NCBI GenBank assembly: GCA_040218735.1
Contig: JAVJQW010000042.1
Span: 192,001-256,000 of the forward strand
DNA from: Deltaproteobacteria bacterium
GTDB taxonomy: Bacteria > Myxococcota > Kuafuiibacteriia > Kuafuiibacteriales > Kuafuiibacteriaceae
Reading direction: 5' to 3'
DNA length: 64,000 nucleotides
The notes under the pieces were generated by a model that worked only from the letters and a program-made list of their open reading frames with translations, searched no databases and was not told the DNA's origin. The stretch's first letter is position 1. Each line of letters starts with the position of its first letter. This document shows, one piece after another, positions 40,691 through 50,270 of this stretch. The translations under genes and the position numbers were made by a program.

Positions 40691-41641
40691 CTACCGCCGA
40701 GGTAGAACGAACCGCACGACGCCGTCCGCCTCCGATTCGGCGGTGAAGCCGCACTTTTCGAGCACACGAATGGAGGGGCCGCCGTCGGGGAGCGTTTGGG
40801 CCACGACGCGCTCCACACGTTCGTCCGCGAAGGCGTGATCGACCAGGGCCTTCGCCGCCTCCGTTGCGAACCCATTCTTTTGAAACGATTCTACGACGGC
40901 GTAGCCGATCTCGACTTCGCCATCCTTCGGCGGACCCTTGAAGCCGCCCGCGCCGACCACCACGCGCGGGCTCCGCTGCACGAAGTACCACGTCCACCAC
41001 CCGCGCTGCTCCGGGCCCTCGCCGAGCCGCGCGATCGAATAGTCGATCGCCTGGGCGTCGTAGTACTGCGGCGGCCAATCGGCCGGGACCTCGGCGTTCA
41101 ACCCCGCCGCCAGGATCTCGGGGCCGCGTTTGTCGGCGTGGAGGAGATCCAACGTCGCGGCCGCGAGCTCGAGGTGCTCCGTCTTCGTGCGCTCCGGCGT
41201 GAGCGCGTGCAGGAGCGCGGCGTGTTCGGGCGGGCAGGACAGGTCGTCGCGGCTCCCCAGGCGGAAGCGCGCGAGGTCGAACCCGGGTGTCATCGTCGTC
41301 CCCATCAGCGCGAATCGTCCGCCGGGGATCAACCGCGAGCCTTGCCACACGCCGGACGGGACGAGGTGCTGCACGCGCTGCCCGGCGGCGAGGTCCGCGC
41401 CGAGGTGCACGACCTCCGCGCCGTCGTCGGTGAGCATCAGCATCTCGACGGGATCACCGAGGTAGAAGTGGTACAGCTCCGGGTCTTCGAGGCGGTGCAT
41501 CAGCGAGCACGTGTCGGGCGTGAGCATGTAGAAGATCGCCGTGGCGTCACCTTCGCCCTGTCGATACGTCTCCTTGTAGAACCCACCCTCGAACCCCAGC
41601 GGCGTCAGGCCGAGGTGCGCGATGATCTCGTCCGCGTTCAT
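40691..41641 (-). CDS. Cupin_5 (DUF985) domain fused to RimJ/RimL-type GNAT acetyltransferase
   Basis: [32 protein letters not shown]; then [29 protein letters not shown]. Confidence 0.85.
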   Translation of the reverse strand: MNADEIIAHLGLTPLGFEGGFYKETYRQGEGDATAIFYMLTPDTCSLMHRLEDPELYHFYLGDPVEMLMLTDDGAEVVHLGADLAAGQRVQHLVPSGVWQGSRLIPGGRFALMGTTMTPGFDLARFRLGSRDDLSCPPEHAALLHALTPERTKTEHLELAAATLDLLHADKRGPEILAAGLNAEVPADWPPQYYDAQAIDYSIARLGEGPEQRGWWTWYFVQRSPRVVVGAGGFKGPPKDGEVEIGYAVVESFQKNGFATEAAKALVDHAFADERVERVVAQTLPDGGPSIRVLEKCGFTAESEADGVVRFVLPRR

Positions 41642-41727
41642 CGCGCGGACCCTACGCGAGGTGGCGGGGTGCACCCAAGTGCTTGGCCCCCGCGGCGACG
41701 TGTGCTCCTGTGCTCGCGTTCGCACCC

Positions 41728-43644
41728 ATGGTGCACGTCGAACCGCCACCGCCGCCGGACCCGATGGTGTTCCCGTTCACGCGCCCCCCGCGGCGCGCGC
41801 CGCGCCGCACGGCGCTGGTGTGGCTGATCGGGCTCGCGGTCGGGATCCTGCTGGGCCGGGAGATCGGCCAGCTGTTCATGCCGGAGTGGATCGGCGCGAT
41901 CGTCGGCGCGATCGTCGGGCTGTTGATCGTCGCGCGTCGGCAACGGCAGCGCGCCGACGAACGCCCGCTCGGGCGCATCGTCTTCGACGGCCCCAACGTG
42001 GAGCTGCCGCGCGACGCGTTCTCACCGAAGACGGATCGCATCGCGGTGCGCGAGATCCTGTCGATCGAGGAGGTCGGTCGTAAGTACGGCTCGCTGCTGC
42101 TGCGCGTGAAGTCGCGGATGTACGGTTACCCGTTCGCCGTGCTCGGCGGCCCCACGGGGGCGCGTCGTGTACGCGAGGAGCTCGTACGCCGGCTCGCCGC
42201 GGAGCCCGACGGCGAGGCGCTCCTCGCCGCGCTCGAGCAGCGCGAGGACACCGCGGATCGCCTCTTCGCGCAGCAGCCCCACGCGACGCGCGCCGTCCTG
42301 CTGGTCATCGCGCTCGTCTACGTTGTCGCGACGTACCTCGGCGCGTACGGCGACCAGCTCGACGGCGCGGTGGTGTTGCTGCGCATGGGGGCGAGTGTCC
42401 CCGCGTACGTTCACGACGGCGCGTGGTACCGGCTCCTCACCGCGAACCTGCTGCACGGCGGCGCGGTGCACATCGGCTTCAACGGGCTCGCGATCCTGGG
42501 CCTCGGTTACATCGTCGAACGGTTGATGGGGACGCCGCGTTTCCTCGTCCTCTACCTGGTGTCCGGCGTGACCGGGACGATCCTCTCCGCGTTCTTCTCG
42601 GACGCGGTGATGTCGGTCGGCGCGTCGACGAGTGTGTTCGGTCTGTTCCTCGCGTGGGGGTACTTCTCGCTGCGCTACAACGCACGGCTGCCGGCGGGGT
42701 TCGCGGTGACGAACTTCCAGTGGGGTGTGCTCGTCCTGAACTTCGCGTTGCCGTTGTTGATCCCGTTCATCGACGGCTGGGGTCACGCGGGCGGCGCGAT
42801 CGGCGGTGTGGTGATCGCGGCGATCATGTACCCGACGACGTCGTCGTTCGAGCGTCCGTGGGGCGCGCGCTCCGCGTGGTGGGCGGCGGCGGGCGTGTTG
42901 ATCGCCGTGCACGTCGCGGCGGTGTGGATGGTGTACGCGAACGATCGACGCGAGGAACTGGATCGCTCCGACTTCGTACAGCTGATCGCGCAGCGCGAGC
43001 AGACGGATCCGGCGACGCTCAACAACTTCGCGTGGGCGATCGCGATCGATCCCAAGACGACGTCGAAGCAGCTCGACGTCGCCGAGCAGCTGATCGAGCG
43101 CGCGCTCGCAGAGGTCGGCGAGGAAGCGGCGAAGAGCGCCTTCCTCGATACCGCGGCGACGGTTGCCTACCGCGGCGGGCACGCGCGCGACGCCGTCGAG
43201 CTGGAGCTCGCGGCGATCGCCGCCACGAAGGCGGACGACGCGGACACGATGGACCGCATCGCCCGGCAGGTCGCCGCGCTTCAGGGCGAGGAGGTGCAGC
43301 AGACGTATCACACGCAGCTGCTCCGCTTCCTGGAGGCGGCCGACGGTTACGGGCTCGAGTCGACGGACACCGCGACGGTCGCCGCGTTGAAGCAGGGCGT
43401 GCGCGTCGAGGTGTCGCGCGCAGGCACCTGGTACTTCGGTGTCGACGATCCGAACGGGCGCCGCGGGGTCCTCGTGGTCGAGGTGCCGACCGAGGGGCCG
43501 ACGAAGATCCCCGTCGTCACGCGACTTCCGTCGCGGTCGAAGTTCGCGCCGCTGGGGTTCGTGGACGAGGCGGACGCGGAGCGGGGTGTGTACTACGAGC
43601 GCGCCGCGCACGTGGACGCGTTGCCGCCGCCGTTAGCCTTCTGA
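41728..43644 (+). CDS. Rhomboid-family intramembrane serine protease with N-terminal extension and C-terminal TPR-like region
   Basis: WYRLLTANLLHGGAVHIGFN, VGAS (catalytic Ser), GHAGG (catalytic His); LNNFAW...FLDTAA. Confidence 0.88.
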   Translation: MVHVEPPPPPDPMVFPFTRPPRRAPRRTALVWLIGLAVGILLGREIGQLFMPEWIGAIVGAIVGLLIVARRQRQRADERPLGRIVFDGPNVELPRDAFSPKTDRIAVREILSIEEVGRKYGSLLLRVKSRMYGYPFAVLGGPTGARRVREELVRRLAAEPDGEALLAALEQREDTADRLFAQQPHATRAVLLVIALVYVVATYLGAYGDQLDGAVVLLRMGASVPAYVHDGAWYRLLTANLLHGGAVHIGFNGLAILGLGYIVERLMGTPRFLVLYLVSGVTGTILSAFFSDAVMSVGASTSVFGLFLAWGYFSLRYNARLPAGFAVTNFQWGVLVLNFALPLLIPFIDGWGHAGGAIGGVVIAAIMYPTTSSFERPWGARSAWWAAAGVLIAVHVAAVWMVYANDRREELDRSDFVQLIAQREQTDPATLNNFAWAIAIDPKTTSKQLDVAEQLIERALAEVGEEAAKSAFLDTAATVAYRGGHARDAVELELAAIAATKADDADTMDRIARQVAALQGEEVQQTYHTQLLRFLEAADGYGLESTDTATVAALKQGVRVEVSRAGTWYFGVDDPNGRRGVLVVEVPTEGPTKIPVVTRLPSRSKFAPLGFVDEADAERGVYYERAAHVDALPPPLAF

Positions 43645-43806
43645 GCGATCGCGTCGCGCGCGCAACTCTTCTTGCATCGCGACGAGCGCGTCCGACGCCT
43701 CGGTGGGGACTTCAGCGCCGTGGAAGACAGCGAGGCGGAGCGCCGCTTCCGATTCCGCGAACACCTTCGTGAGCTCTTCGGTGCTCATGTCTTGGAAGCG
43801 ATTCAT
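43633..43806 (-). CDS. Small acidic helical hypothetical protein (57 aa)
   Basis: ATGA overlap with the stop of the upstream gene; host-like codon usage. Confidence 0.55.
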   Translation of the reverse strand: MNRFQDMSTEELTKVFAESEAALRLAVFHGAEVPTEASDALVAMQEELRARRDRSEG

Positions 43807-45410
43807 GCGTACCACTCCGCGGCGGAGCGCATCGAATCGGCGACGCGGCTCCGAATGAGTTTGGCGTAGTTGCAGTCCTTCTCGGATTTGTAGTCGAGCG
43901 GGACGTGGAAGAACGGCACGGCGCGATCGTCGTCGCCGGGGAGGTGCACTCGGACGTTGCCGTCGTCGAGTTTGCTCACGGTGAGTTGCCCGAGGTCGAC
44001 GTCGTAGCTATTCGCGATGCGTTCGAGTGCTGCGGGCTCGAAGACCACGCCGCCCTTCGCGAGCTCGTGATCGACGGCCTCCGTGACGGCGCGGAGCGCG
44101 CCGTTGGTTCGCTCGGCGGCGGCTTCGTACATCGGGCGGAGCTCGTCGCTCACGAGCGACGCGCAGTCGATGTACGAGATGCCGCAGGAGAACGCGGAGT
44201 GCAGCACGGTGTCGTCCTGGAACATCGTGCCGGGGCCGCTCATCAGTTGGATCTTCCCGACGCCGTCCGCCATCCCGTACTGCGCCGAGTCGGCGTAGAT
44301 GACGGTCATCGAGGCGTCGAACCACGGGGTGTTCGGGTCGGGGACGGGCCATTCGTGGACGTCGATCAGCGCGAGGAGCGAGCGCTCGACGTCGTCGAAC
44401 ACGATGGAGCGCGCGCCGGTCTCGGGATCGACGTGGGTATGATCCGGTGACAGCGGCTGAGAGATCTTCGCTTGAATGGAGTCCAGCGCGGCGACCTCCT
44501 CCGGCGAGAACTTCTCCGAACGATCCATCCCCGGGAACGAGCCGCGCTTGAAGCCGATCATCATCGGCGCGAGCTTGCCGAAGAGCCCCGGGACACCGAC
44601 CTGGTGCTCCTTCGTCGCCTGTACGATCCCGGCGATGCGCTCCGGTGGCATGTCCGCGTCGCCGCGCCGCGACAGGACGAGGTCCGCCGCGATGGCGCCG
44701 TGGATGTTGTGCGCGAGGAGCGTGTCGCCGAACTTCACGGAGTCCGAGAACAGCGACGCGAGGAGGGCGTCCTCGAGCTGAACGCCGTTCATGCCCTTCG
44801 CGATCGCGCCGTCGATCACCTGCGCCGACTCGTGCGCGATGTGGTTCCAGTTCTCGTCGCTCGCCTTTGCGTCGAAGGGCCGGAGGTCCTGCAGCGAGGT
44901 CCAATACTCACCGAGCGTCTGTTTGATGCGGTTGCGCTGCGTGCGCGTGAGCGGGAGCTTCGGGTCGTCGATCTTGTCTAGGAGCGACATCCGGCCGGTG
45001 CCGTCGGTGCGCTGGACCATGAAGTCGGCGAGCACCGGCTCCACCCGCGCCTGCGCGCGCACGCGTCCCGTGCGCCCGCCGTCCGGCCACATCGAGGCGA
45101 CGCTCGGGATCTTCTCGCCGATCGGCCCGTTGCGTGCGGGGTGCGATCGAACGGAGTCGAGGAGCTTCGTCGGGTCGCGGCCCTTCGTCGCCTCCGACGT
45201 GAGCCCACGGAGCTGCACGTCGAGGGGCGACCGCTGTTCGAGCCCGGGCCGCTCGTAGTGCGCGAACGTCTCGGGCCGCAGCGCGAACAGTCGCCCCGGA
45301 GGCGCGTGCTGGAACGGGCTCTGGAAGAGGTACGGGTGCTGCGCCTCGGCCGGCGCCGCGTCGGTCGCCGGAAGCTGCGTCGGCGTGCCGGTCTTGCCCG
45401 TGCGAATCAC
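43803..45410 (-). CDS. Hypothetical protein with HD-like metal-dependent hydrolase signature
   Basis: Spaced motifs WNHIAHE, LFSDSVK, AHNIHGA, KEHQVG, YADSAQY; strong host-like codon bias. Confidence 0.6.
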   Translation of the reverse strand: MIRTGKTGTPTQLPATDAAPAEAQHPYLFQSPFQHAPPGRLFALRPETFAHYERPGLEQRSPLDVQLRGLTSEATKGRDPTKLLDSVRSHPARNGPIGEKIPSVASMWPDGGRTGRVRAQARVEPVLADFMVQRTDGTGRMSLLDKIDDPKLPLTRTQRNRIKQTLGEYWTSLQDLRPFDAKASDENWNHIAHESAQVIDGAIAKGMNGVQLEDALLASLFSDSVKFGDTLLAHNIHGAIAADLVLSRRGDADMPPERIAGIVQATKEHQVGVPGLFGKLAPMMIGFKRGSFPGMDRSEKFSPEEVAALDSIQAKISQPLSPDHTHVDPETGARSIVFDDVERSLLALIDVHEWPVPDPNTPWFDASMTVIYADSAQYGMADGVGKIQLMSGPGTMFQDDTVLHSAFSCGISYIDCASLVSDELRPMYEAAAERTNGALRAVTEAVDHELAKGGVVFEPAALERIANSYDVDLGQLTVSKLDDGNVRVHLPGDDDRAVPFFHVPLDYKSEKDCNYAKLIRSRVADSMRSAAEWYA

Positions 45411-45513
45411 TGCTCGATGATACGGCGCGAGGGCGCGGTGTTACATGGGGTATCGGGCCGGCCGTACGCCGAGATTCGACCTTCGGTCAGGGACGCTGCG
45501 CTTCGACGCACCG

Positions 45514-47523
45514 CTACGGGGAGCAGACGTTCACGTACACGGCCTGGCCGTCCAGGTCGCCGTACTGCAGCGCCGTGCAGGTCAGGCCCGCGGGGCAGTC
45601 GGCGTCGGTGGAGCAGGTTCCGGCGCAGGTGTTGGTCGCGTTCAGGCAGAAGCCGCCGCGGCAGTTGCTGCCGTTGGCGTCGGCGCACGTCGTGCCGTCG
45701 GGGGCGGTGCCGTGCGTGGCCTGCACGCAGGCCTTCACGAAGTTGACCGCCCACTCGAAGCACACGCCGAAGCTGACCACGCAGACGCTGAAGTTGACCG
45801 GGGCGCAGACGTTGCCGTTCGGGCAGTCGGCCGAGCTTCCGCACACGTCGCCGCAGGTGCCGTTGCCGTAGCAGACGCCGCTGCGGCAGTCGGTGAGCGC
45901 CGAGCACGTCGAGCCGTTGGCGCCCGCGCCAAGCGGGCCGTTGCAGCTGCCGATGTAGCGGTCTGGCGTCCACTCGTACCACTGGCAGGCGCCGCCGCCG
46001 CAGTCGCTGTCGTTGTCGCAGACGTCGACGCACTGGTTGTTCGGGCAGAAGTACGACTGGCACTGGTCGTGCGCCGAGCACGCGCCGCCGTTCGGGGTCG
46101 CGAACGTCCCGGCCCCGAGGTGCGAATCGAGCACGCACATCTTCGAGCCGAAGAAGTCGAAACACGTGAACCCGCCGGGGCAGTCGGCGGTGTTGCCGCA
46201 CGCCGAGATGCAGCGGAAGCCGAGCGGGTTGCCGAGGTCGAAACACACGCCGGACTGGCAGTCGGTGTTCGCGGTGCACGTGCCGTTGAGCGGCTGCGCG
46301 CCGTTCATCGTGCAGCGCCCCGTCTGCTGGTTGCAGGTCTGGCCCATCGGGCAACCGTTCGCGAGGCAGCTCGGCTCGCACTGGCCGTTGACCGTGTTGC
46401 AGATCGTCGACGGTGGCTGACAGTCCGCGTCGTTCATGCAGACCGGGCCGCCCGGATCGCAGCGCCCCGTCGTCATGTTGCAAGTCGTGTTGCCGCTGCA
46501 GACGATGCCGCCGATCTCTCCGCACCCGCCGATGCACTGCCCGGCCTCACACACCGCGGCGGGCGGGTTGCAGTCCGAGTCGATCGTGCACGGGCCCTGC
46601 ACCATCACGCAGCGCCCGCTGTTGCCGTCGCAGACGGTGCCGGTCGGGCAGTTCGGCGCGCCCGGCTGCGCGCAGCCCGGGACGCACGATCCGCTCTCGC
46701 AAATCTGCGCGGGCGCGCCGCACTCGACGTCGGTCGTGCAGCCGCCCGACGCTTCGCAACGACCCGTCGCCGGGTTGCAGACGTTCCCACCCGTGCACAC
46801 GAGGCCGCCGACCTGAGCGCAGCCCGGGATGCACTGCATCGATTCGCAGATCGTGTTGGGCGGTGCGCACTCCGTGTCGTTCGCGCAGGTGACCTGGCCC
46901 ATCTCGCACCGGCCCGTGCCGGTGTTGCAGAAGCTGCCGAGCCCGCACGTGATCGGCGAGCCGGGCGTGCCGCAGCCGGCGACGCACTGCATCCCCTGGC
47001 ACACGGTCTGGGGCGGCATGCATTGGGCGTCGCCCGTGCACGCGGTCATGGACGGATCGATGCACCGGTTCTGCACACAGGTCGTCGGCGAGAGGCAGTG
47101 GCCGGGCTCGTAGCAGTCGACGCACTGCTGTGAATTCGGGTCGCAGTGTTTGCCGGCCGCGACGCAGTCGGCTTCCGCGGTGCAGCTCCGGTTGCCCGGA
47201 ACACACACGCCGGTGGTCGTGTTGCAGCGCAGGTCCGACGGACACTCGTTGTCCATCGAGCAGTTCACGATCTGCTGCTCGGCGCACGTGTTGGTCGCCG
47301 GATCGCAGAACTCGCCGATCGGGCACTCGTCATCCGTGGTGCAGCCGCCGAGCTGTTGCGCGCCGACGCACGCGCCGCCGATGCACTGCTGAGCCGCGGC
47401 GCAATCGTTGTTCGTCACGCAGCCGGTCGACTCCGAGCTGCAGCCGGCGAGGCCGCCGACGAAAACCAGAAGGGCTGCAAACCCCGTGATGTGCCCCAGG
47501 TTTTCCGCCATCGGTCGTCTCAT
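45514..47523 (-). CDS. Cys-rich repeat surface lipoprotein
   Basis: Lipobox LAGC; many CxxDxxC...C...GxC repeats; start could be 47511. Confidence 0.85.
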   Translation of the reverse strand: MRRPMAENLGHITGFAALLVFVGGLAGCSSESTGCVTNNDCAAAQQCIGGACVGAQQLGGCTTDDECPIGEFCDPATNTCAEQQIVNCSMDNECPSDLRCNTTTGVCVPGNRSCTAEADCVAAGKHCDPNSQQCVDCYEPGHCLSPTTCVQNRCIDPSMTACTGDAQCMPPQTVCQGMQCVAGCGTPGSPITCGLGSFCNTGTGRCEMGQVTCANDTECAPPNTICESMQCIPGCAQVGGLVCTGGNVCNPATGRCEASGGCTTDVECGAPAQICESGSCVPGCAQPGAPNCPTGTVCDGNSGRCVMVQGPCTIDSDCNPPAAVCEAGQCIGGCGEIGGIVCSGNTTCNMTTGRCDPGGPVCMNDADCQPPSTICNTVNGQCEPSCLANGCPMGQTCNQQTGRCTMNGAQPLNGTCTANTDCQSGVCFDLGNPLGFRCISACGNTADCPGGFTCFDFFGSKMCVLDSHLGAGTFATPNGGACSAHDQCQSYFCPNNQCVDVCDNDSDCGGGACQWYEWTPDRYIGSCNGPLGAGANGSTCSALTDCRSGVCYGNGTCGDVCGSSADCPNGNVCAPVNFSVCVVSFGVCFEWAVNFVKACVQATHGTAPDGTTCADANGSNCRGGFCLNATNTCAGTCSTDADCPAGLTCTALQYGDLDGQAVYVNVCSP

Positions 47524-47688
47524 GGTCGGCCTTTCAGCATACTCAATGCATCGGTTGATCGGCGCGTCCTGGTGCGTCGGATCCCGCCGCGTGTCTCAGC
47601 CTCTCCAAACCCGCGAAGTCAGGCAAGTTTTCGGGCCGACCGTTCGTCTTGACCGCGTTTCGGGTCGGTCCTAGGGTGGCGCCGCGTC

Positions 47689-49665
47689 ATGGAGCCGGCC
47701 GTCTACCCTGCCCTGTTGTTCATCCCGCTGCTCCCGCTGATCGGCGCGACCGTCCTGTGTTTCTTCGGATCCCGCATGGAGCGCGGGCTGGTCTCCATGA
47801 TTGCGCTGTCCACGGTGTTCGGCTCGTTCGTGCTGAGCGCGGCCGCGATGTGGACGCTCTTCAAGACCGGCGTCCCCCTCACCTACGTGCTGTGGGATTG
47901 GATGGCGGTCGGCCGCTACACCATCGAGCTGGCGTTCGGCTACGACGAGCTCGGCGGCACGCTGATGCTGGTCGTCACCGGCGTCGGCTTCCTGATCCAC
48001 GTGTACTCCACCGAGTACATGCACGACGACCCGGCCTACTGGCGGTTCTTCGCGTACCTCAACCTGTTCATCTTCGCGATGAGCGTGCTCGTCATCGGGC
48101 GCTCGCTCCCCGTCATGTTCATCGGGTGGGAGGGCGTCGGCCTCGCGTCGTACTTGCTGATCGGCTTTTGGTACACGGACCCCGAGAAGGCGAAGGCCGG
48201 CAAGAAGGCGTTCATCACCAACCGCGTCGGTGACTTCGGCTTCCTGATCGGCATGTTCACGCTGATCTCCCTGTTCGGCACGCTCGACTACGCCGGCCTG
48301 CAGGACGGCGCGCAGCTCGTCGCCGGCAACCTCGACGCCAAGATGAGCACCGGCCTCTTCGTCGGCCTCACCCCGCGCGCCGTCATCACCTTTGCGTGCC
48401 TGTCGCTGTTCGTCGGCGCGTGCGGCAAGAGCGCCCAGCTCCCGCTCTACGTCTGGCTACCGGACGCGATGGCCGGGCCCACGCCGGTGTCCGCGCTGAT
48501 CCACGCCGCCACGATGGTCACCGCCGGCGTGTACATGGTCGCGCGCCTGCACTTCATCTTCGACATGGCGCCCATCGCGATGGACGTCGTCGCCTGGGTC
48601 GGCGGGCTCACCGCGATCTTCGCGGCCACGATCGGCCTCGCCCAGAACGACATCAAGAAGGTGCTCGCGTACTCCACCGTCTCGCAGCTCGGGTACATGT
48701 TCCTGGCGGCGGGGCTCGGCGCGTACGGCGTCGCCGTGTTCCACCTCGTCACCCACGCGTTCTTCAAGGCGTGCCTCTTCCTCGGCTCCGGCACCGTCAT
48801 CCACGCGCTGCACGGCGAGCAGGACATGCGCCGCATGGGCGGCCTGAAGACGAAGCTCCCCGTCGTCTACTGGACGTTCGGCATCTCGACCCTCGCCCTC
48901 GCCGGCGTGTTTCCACTCAGTGGATTCTTCTCGAAGGACGCCATCCTCGCGTACGCCTACCAGGAGAAGTTCCCGCTCTGGATCCTGGGCTTCATCGCCG
49001 CCGGCCTGACGGCGCTCTACATGAGCCGCCTGGTGTGCCTCACGTTCTACGGCGAGTACCGCCTCAAGGACGCCAACGAGCAGCCGGTTCACGTACACAA
49101 GCCGCACTTCGGGATGAAGGGGCCGCTCATCGTCCTCGCGGGGCTCGCCGCGGTGGCCGGTGTGTTCAACCTCCCGCACGTCATCGCGCACCTGGTCGGC
49201 GATCAGTACGGCGTGATGTTCGAGCACTTCGTCAGCGACGCCACCAAGACCAAGGCGATGCAGCTGTCGGCGGCCACCGAGTGGGGCTTGATGGGCGCGT
49301 CCGTGGTGTGGGCGCTCATCGGCCTGTTCCTCGGCTACGCCATCTACAAGAACGGCCCGTCGCCCGCGATGGAGAAGTTCGTTCGTTCGGGCGCCGGTCG
49401 CGTCGCGCACGTGCTGCTGTACGGGAAGTGGTTCGTCGACGAGATCTACCAGTTCGTGATCATCGGCCCGCTGAGGATGCTCGCGTCGCTGTGCGCGGTC
49501 GTCGTGGACCCGTGGCTGATCGACGGCGCGGCGGTGCGCGGCTCCGGCTACTCGGTGATGGGGATCGGGCGCCTGTTGTCGAAGCTGCAGACCGGTAACG
49601 TTCAGTCCTACGCGACGGTGCTCGTCGTCGCCATCGCGGCGATCCTCCTGTGGGCGGTGCAGTAA
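47689..49665 (+). CDS. nuoL: NADH-quinone oxidoreductase subunit L
   Basis: LIHVYSTEYM, GWEGVGLASYLLIGFW, KAFITNRVGD, GKSAQLPLYVWLPDAMAGPTPVSALIHAATMV, LQTGNVQSY. Confidence 0.95.
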   Translation: MEPAVYPALLFIPLLPLIGATVLCFFGSRMERGLVSMIALSTVFGSFVLSAAAMWTLFKTGVPLTYVLWDWMAVGRYTIELAFGYDELGGTLMLVVTGVGFLIHVYSTEYMHDDPAYWRFFAYLNLFIFAMSVLVIGRSLPVMFIGWEGVGLASYLLIGFWYTDPEKAKAGKKAFITNRVGDFGFLIGMFTLISLFGTLDYAGLQDGAQLVAGNLDAKMSTGLFVGLTPRAVITFACLSLFVGACGKSAQLPLYVWLPDAMAGPTPVSALIHAATMVTAGVYMVARLHFIFDMAPIAMDVVAWVGGLTAIFAATIGLAQNDIKKVLAYSTVSQLGYMFLAAGLGAYGVAVFHLVTHAFFKACLFLGSGTVIHALHGEQDMRRMGGLKTKLPVVYWTFGISTLALAGVFPLSGFFSKDAILAYAYQEKFPLWILGFIAAGLTALYMSRLVCLTFYGEYRLKDANEQPVHVHKPHFGMKGPLIVLAGLAAVAGVFNLPHVIAHLVGDQYGVMFEHFVSDATKTKAMQLSAATEWGLMGASVVWALIGLFLGYAIYKNGPSPAMEKFVRSGAGRVAHVLLYGKWFVDEIYQFVIIGPLRMLASLCAVVVDPWLIDGAAVRGSGYSVMGIGRLLSKLQTGNVQSYATVLVVAIAAILLWAVQ

Positions 49666-50270
49666 CACTGGGTCTGGCGGCGCTCCTCGCGTCCGCCTAT
49701 GACCCGGTGATCGACACGGCGCTGCAGCCCCCGAGCGGGCTCTCGCTTGGCGTCGGCGTGCAGCGCCTCCAGGACGACTTCGGTCTCTTCCTCCGCGTCG
49801 CCACGCCGCGTTTCCTCGACGACCACTTCGCGGTGGCCGTCGCGGGCGGCGTCGGCTGGTACCCGGACCTGCGCGCGCTCCCCGCGAGCACCACGGAGCA
49901 GGACTTCTCGGCGTGGTCGACCTACGGCCACGCGCGGGTGACCGCGGAGGCGTCGGCGTCGATCGTGCCCGTCGGCGGTCGGCTCTACGGCCGCCTCGGT
50001 CCGTCGTTCCTCTGGTTGTCGCCGCGGCTGTCGACGACGCGGCTCGCGTTCGGCGTCTACGGTGCGGTCGGCGCGGAGCTGTTCACGGGGGACGCGCACC
50101 GCACGCACCCGTTCAGCCTGTTCCTCGAGGTCGGTGCGACGGCCCACGCGGCGGCGGCGGACGTCGCCAATCGCGCTGGCCCCATCGAGACCGTCGACCC
50201 GACCGTCGACCGGCCGATCGCGACCGGCTTCGCGATCGCCGGCGGCGTCCGGTTCTATCTGTGGCGATGA
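49650..50270 (+). CDS. Hypothetical outer-membrane beta-barrel-like protein
   Basis: Alternating amphipathic strands; C-terminal GGVRFYL; ATGA overlap with the MFS gene; start uncertain. Confidence 0.55.
   Translation: MGGAVTLGLAALLASAYDPVIDTALQPPSGLSLGVGVQRLQDDFGLFLRVATPRFLDDHFAVAVAGGVGWYPDLRALPASTTEQDFSAWSTYGHARVTAEASASIVPVGGRLYGRLGPSFLWLSPRLSTTRLAFGVYGAVGAELFTGDAHRTHPFSLFLEVGATAHAAAADVANRAGPIETVDPTVDRPIATGFAIAGGVRFYLWR

Noticed and set aside
45514-47523. Cys-rich repeat protein as a novel system
   Set aside because: Such lipoproteins are abundant in myxobacteria, and nothing in the context distinguishes this one.
47522-47645. Potential multi-stem RNA in the lipoprotein/nuoL divergent spacer (GGTCGGCC...GGCCGACC)
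   Set aside because: No match to riboswitch consensus motifs I know; such pairing is expected by chance at this GC content.
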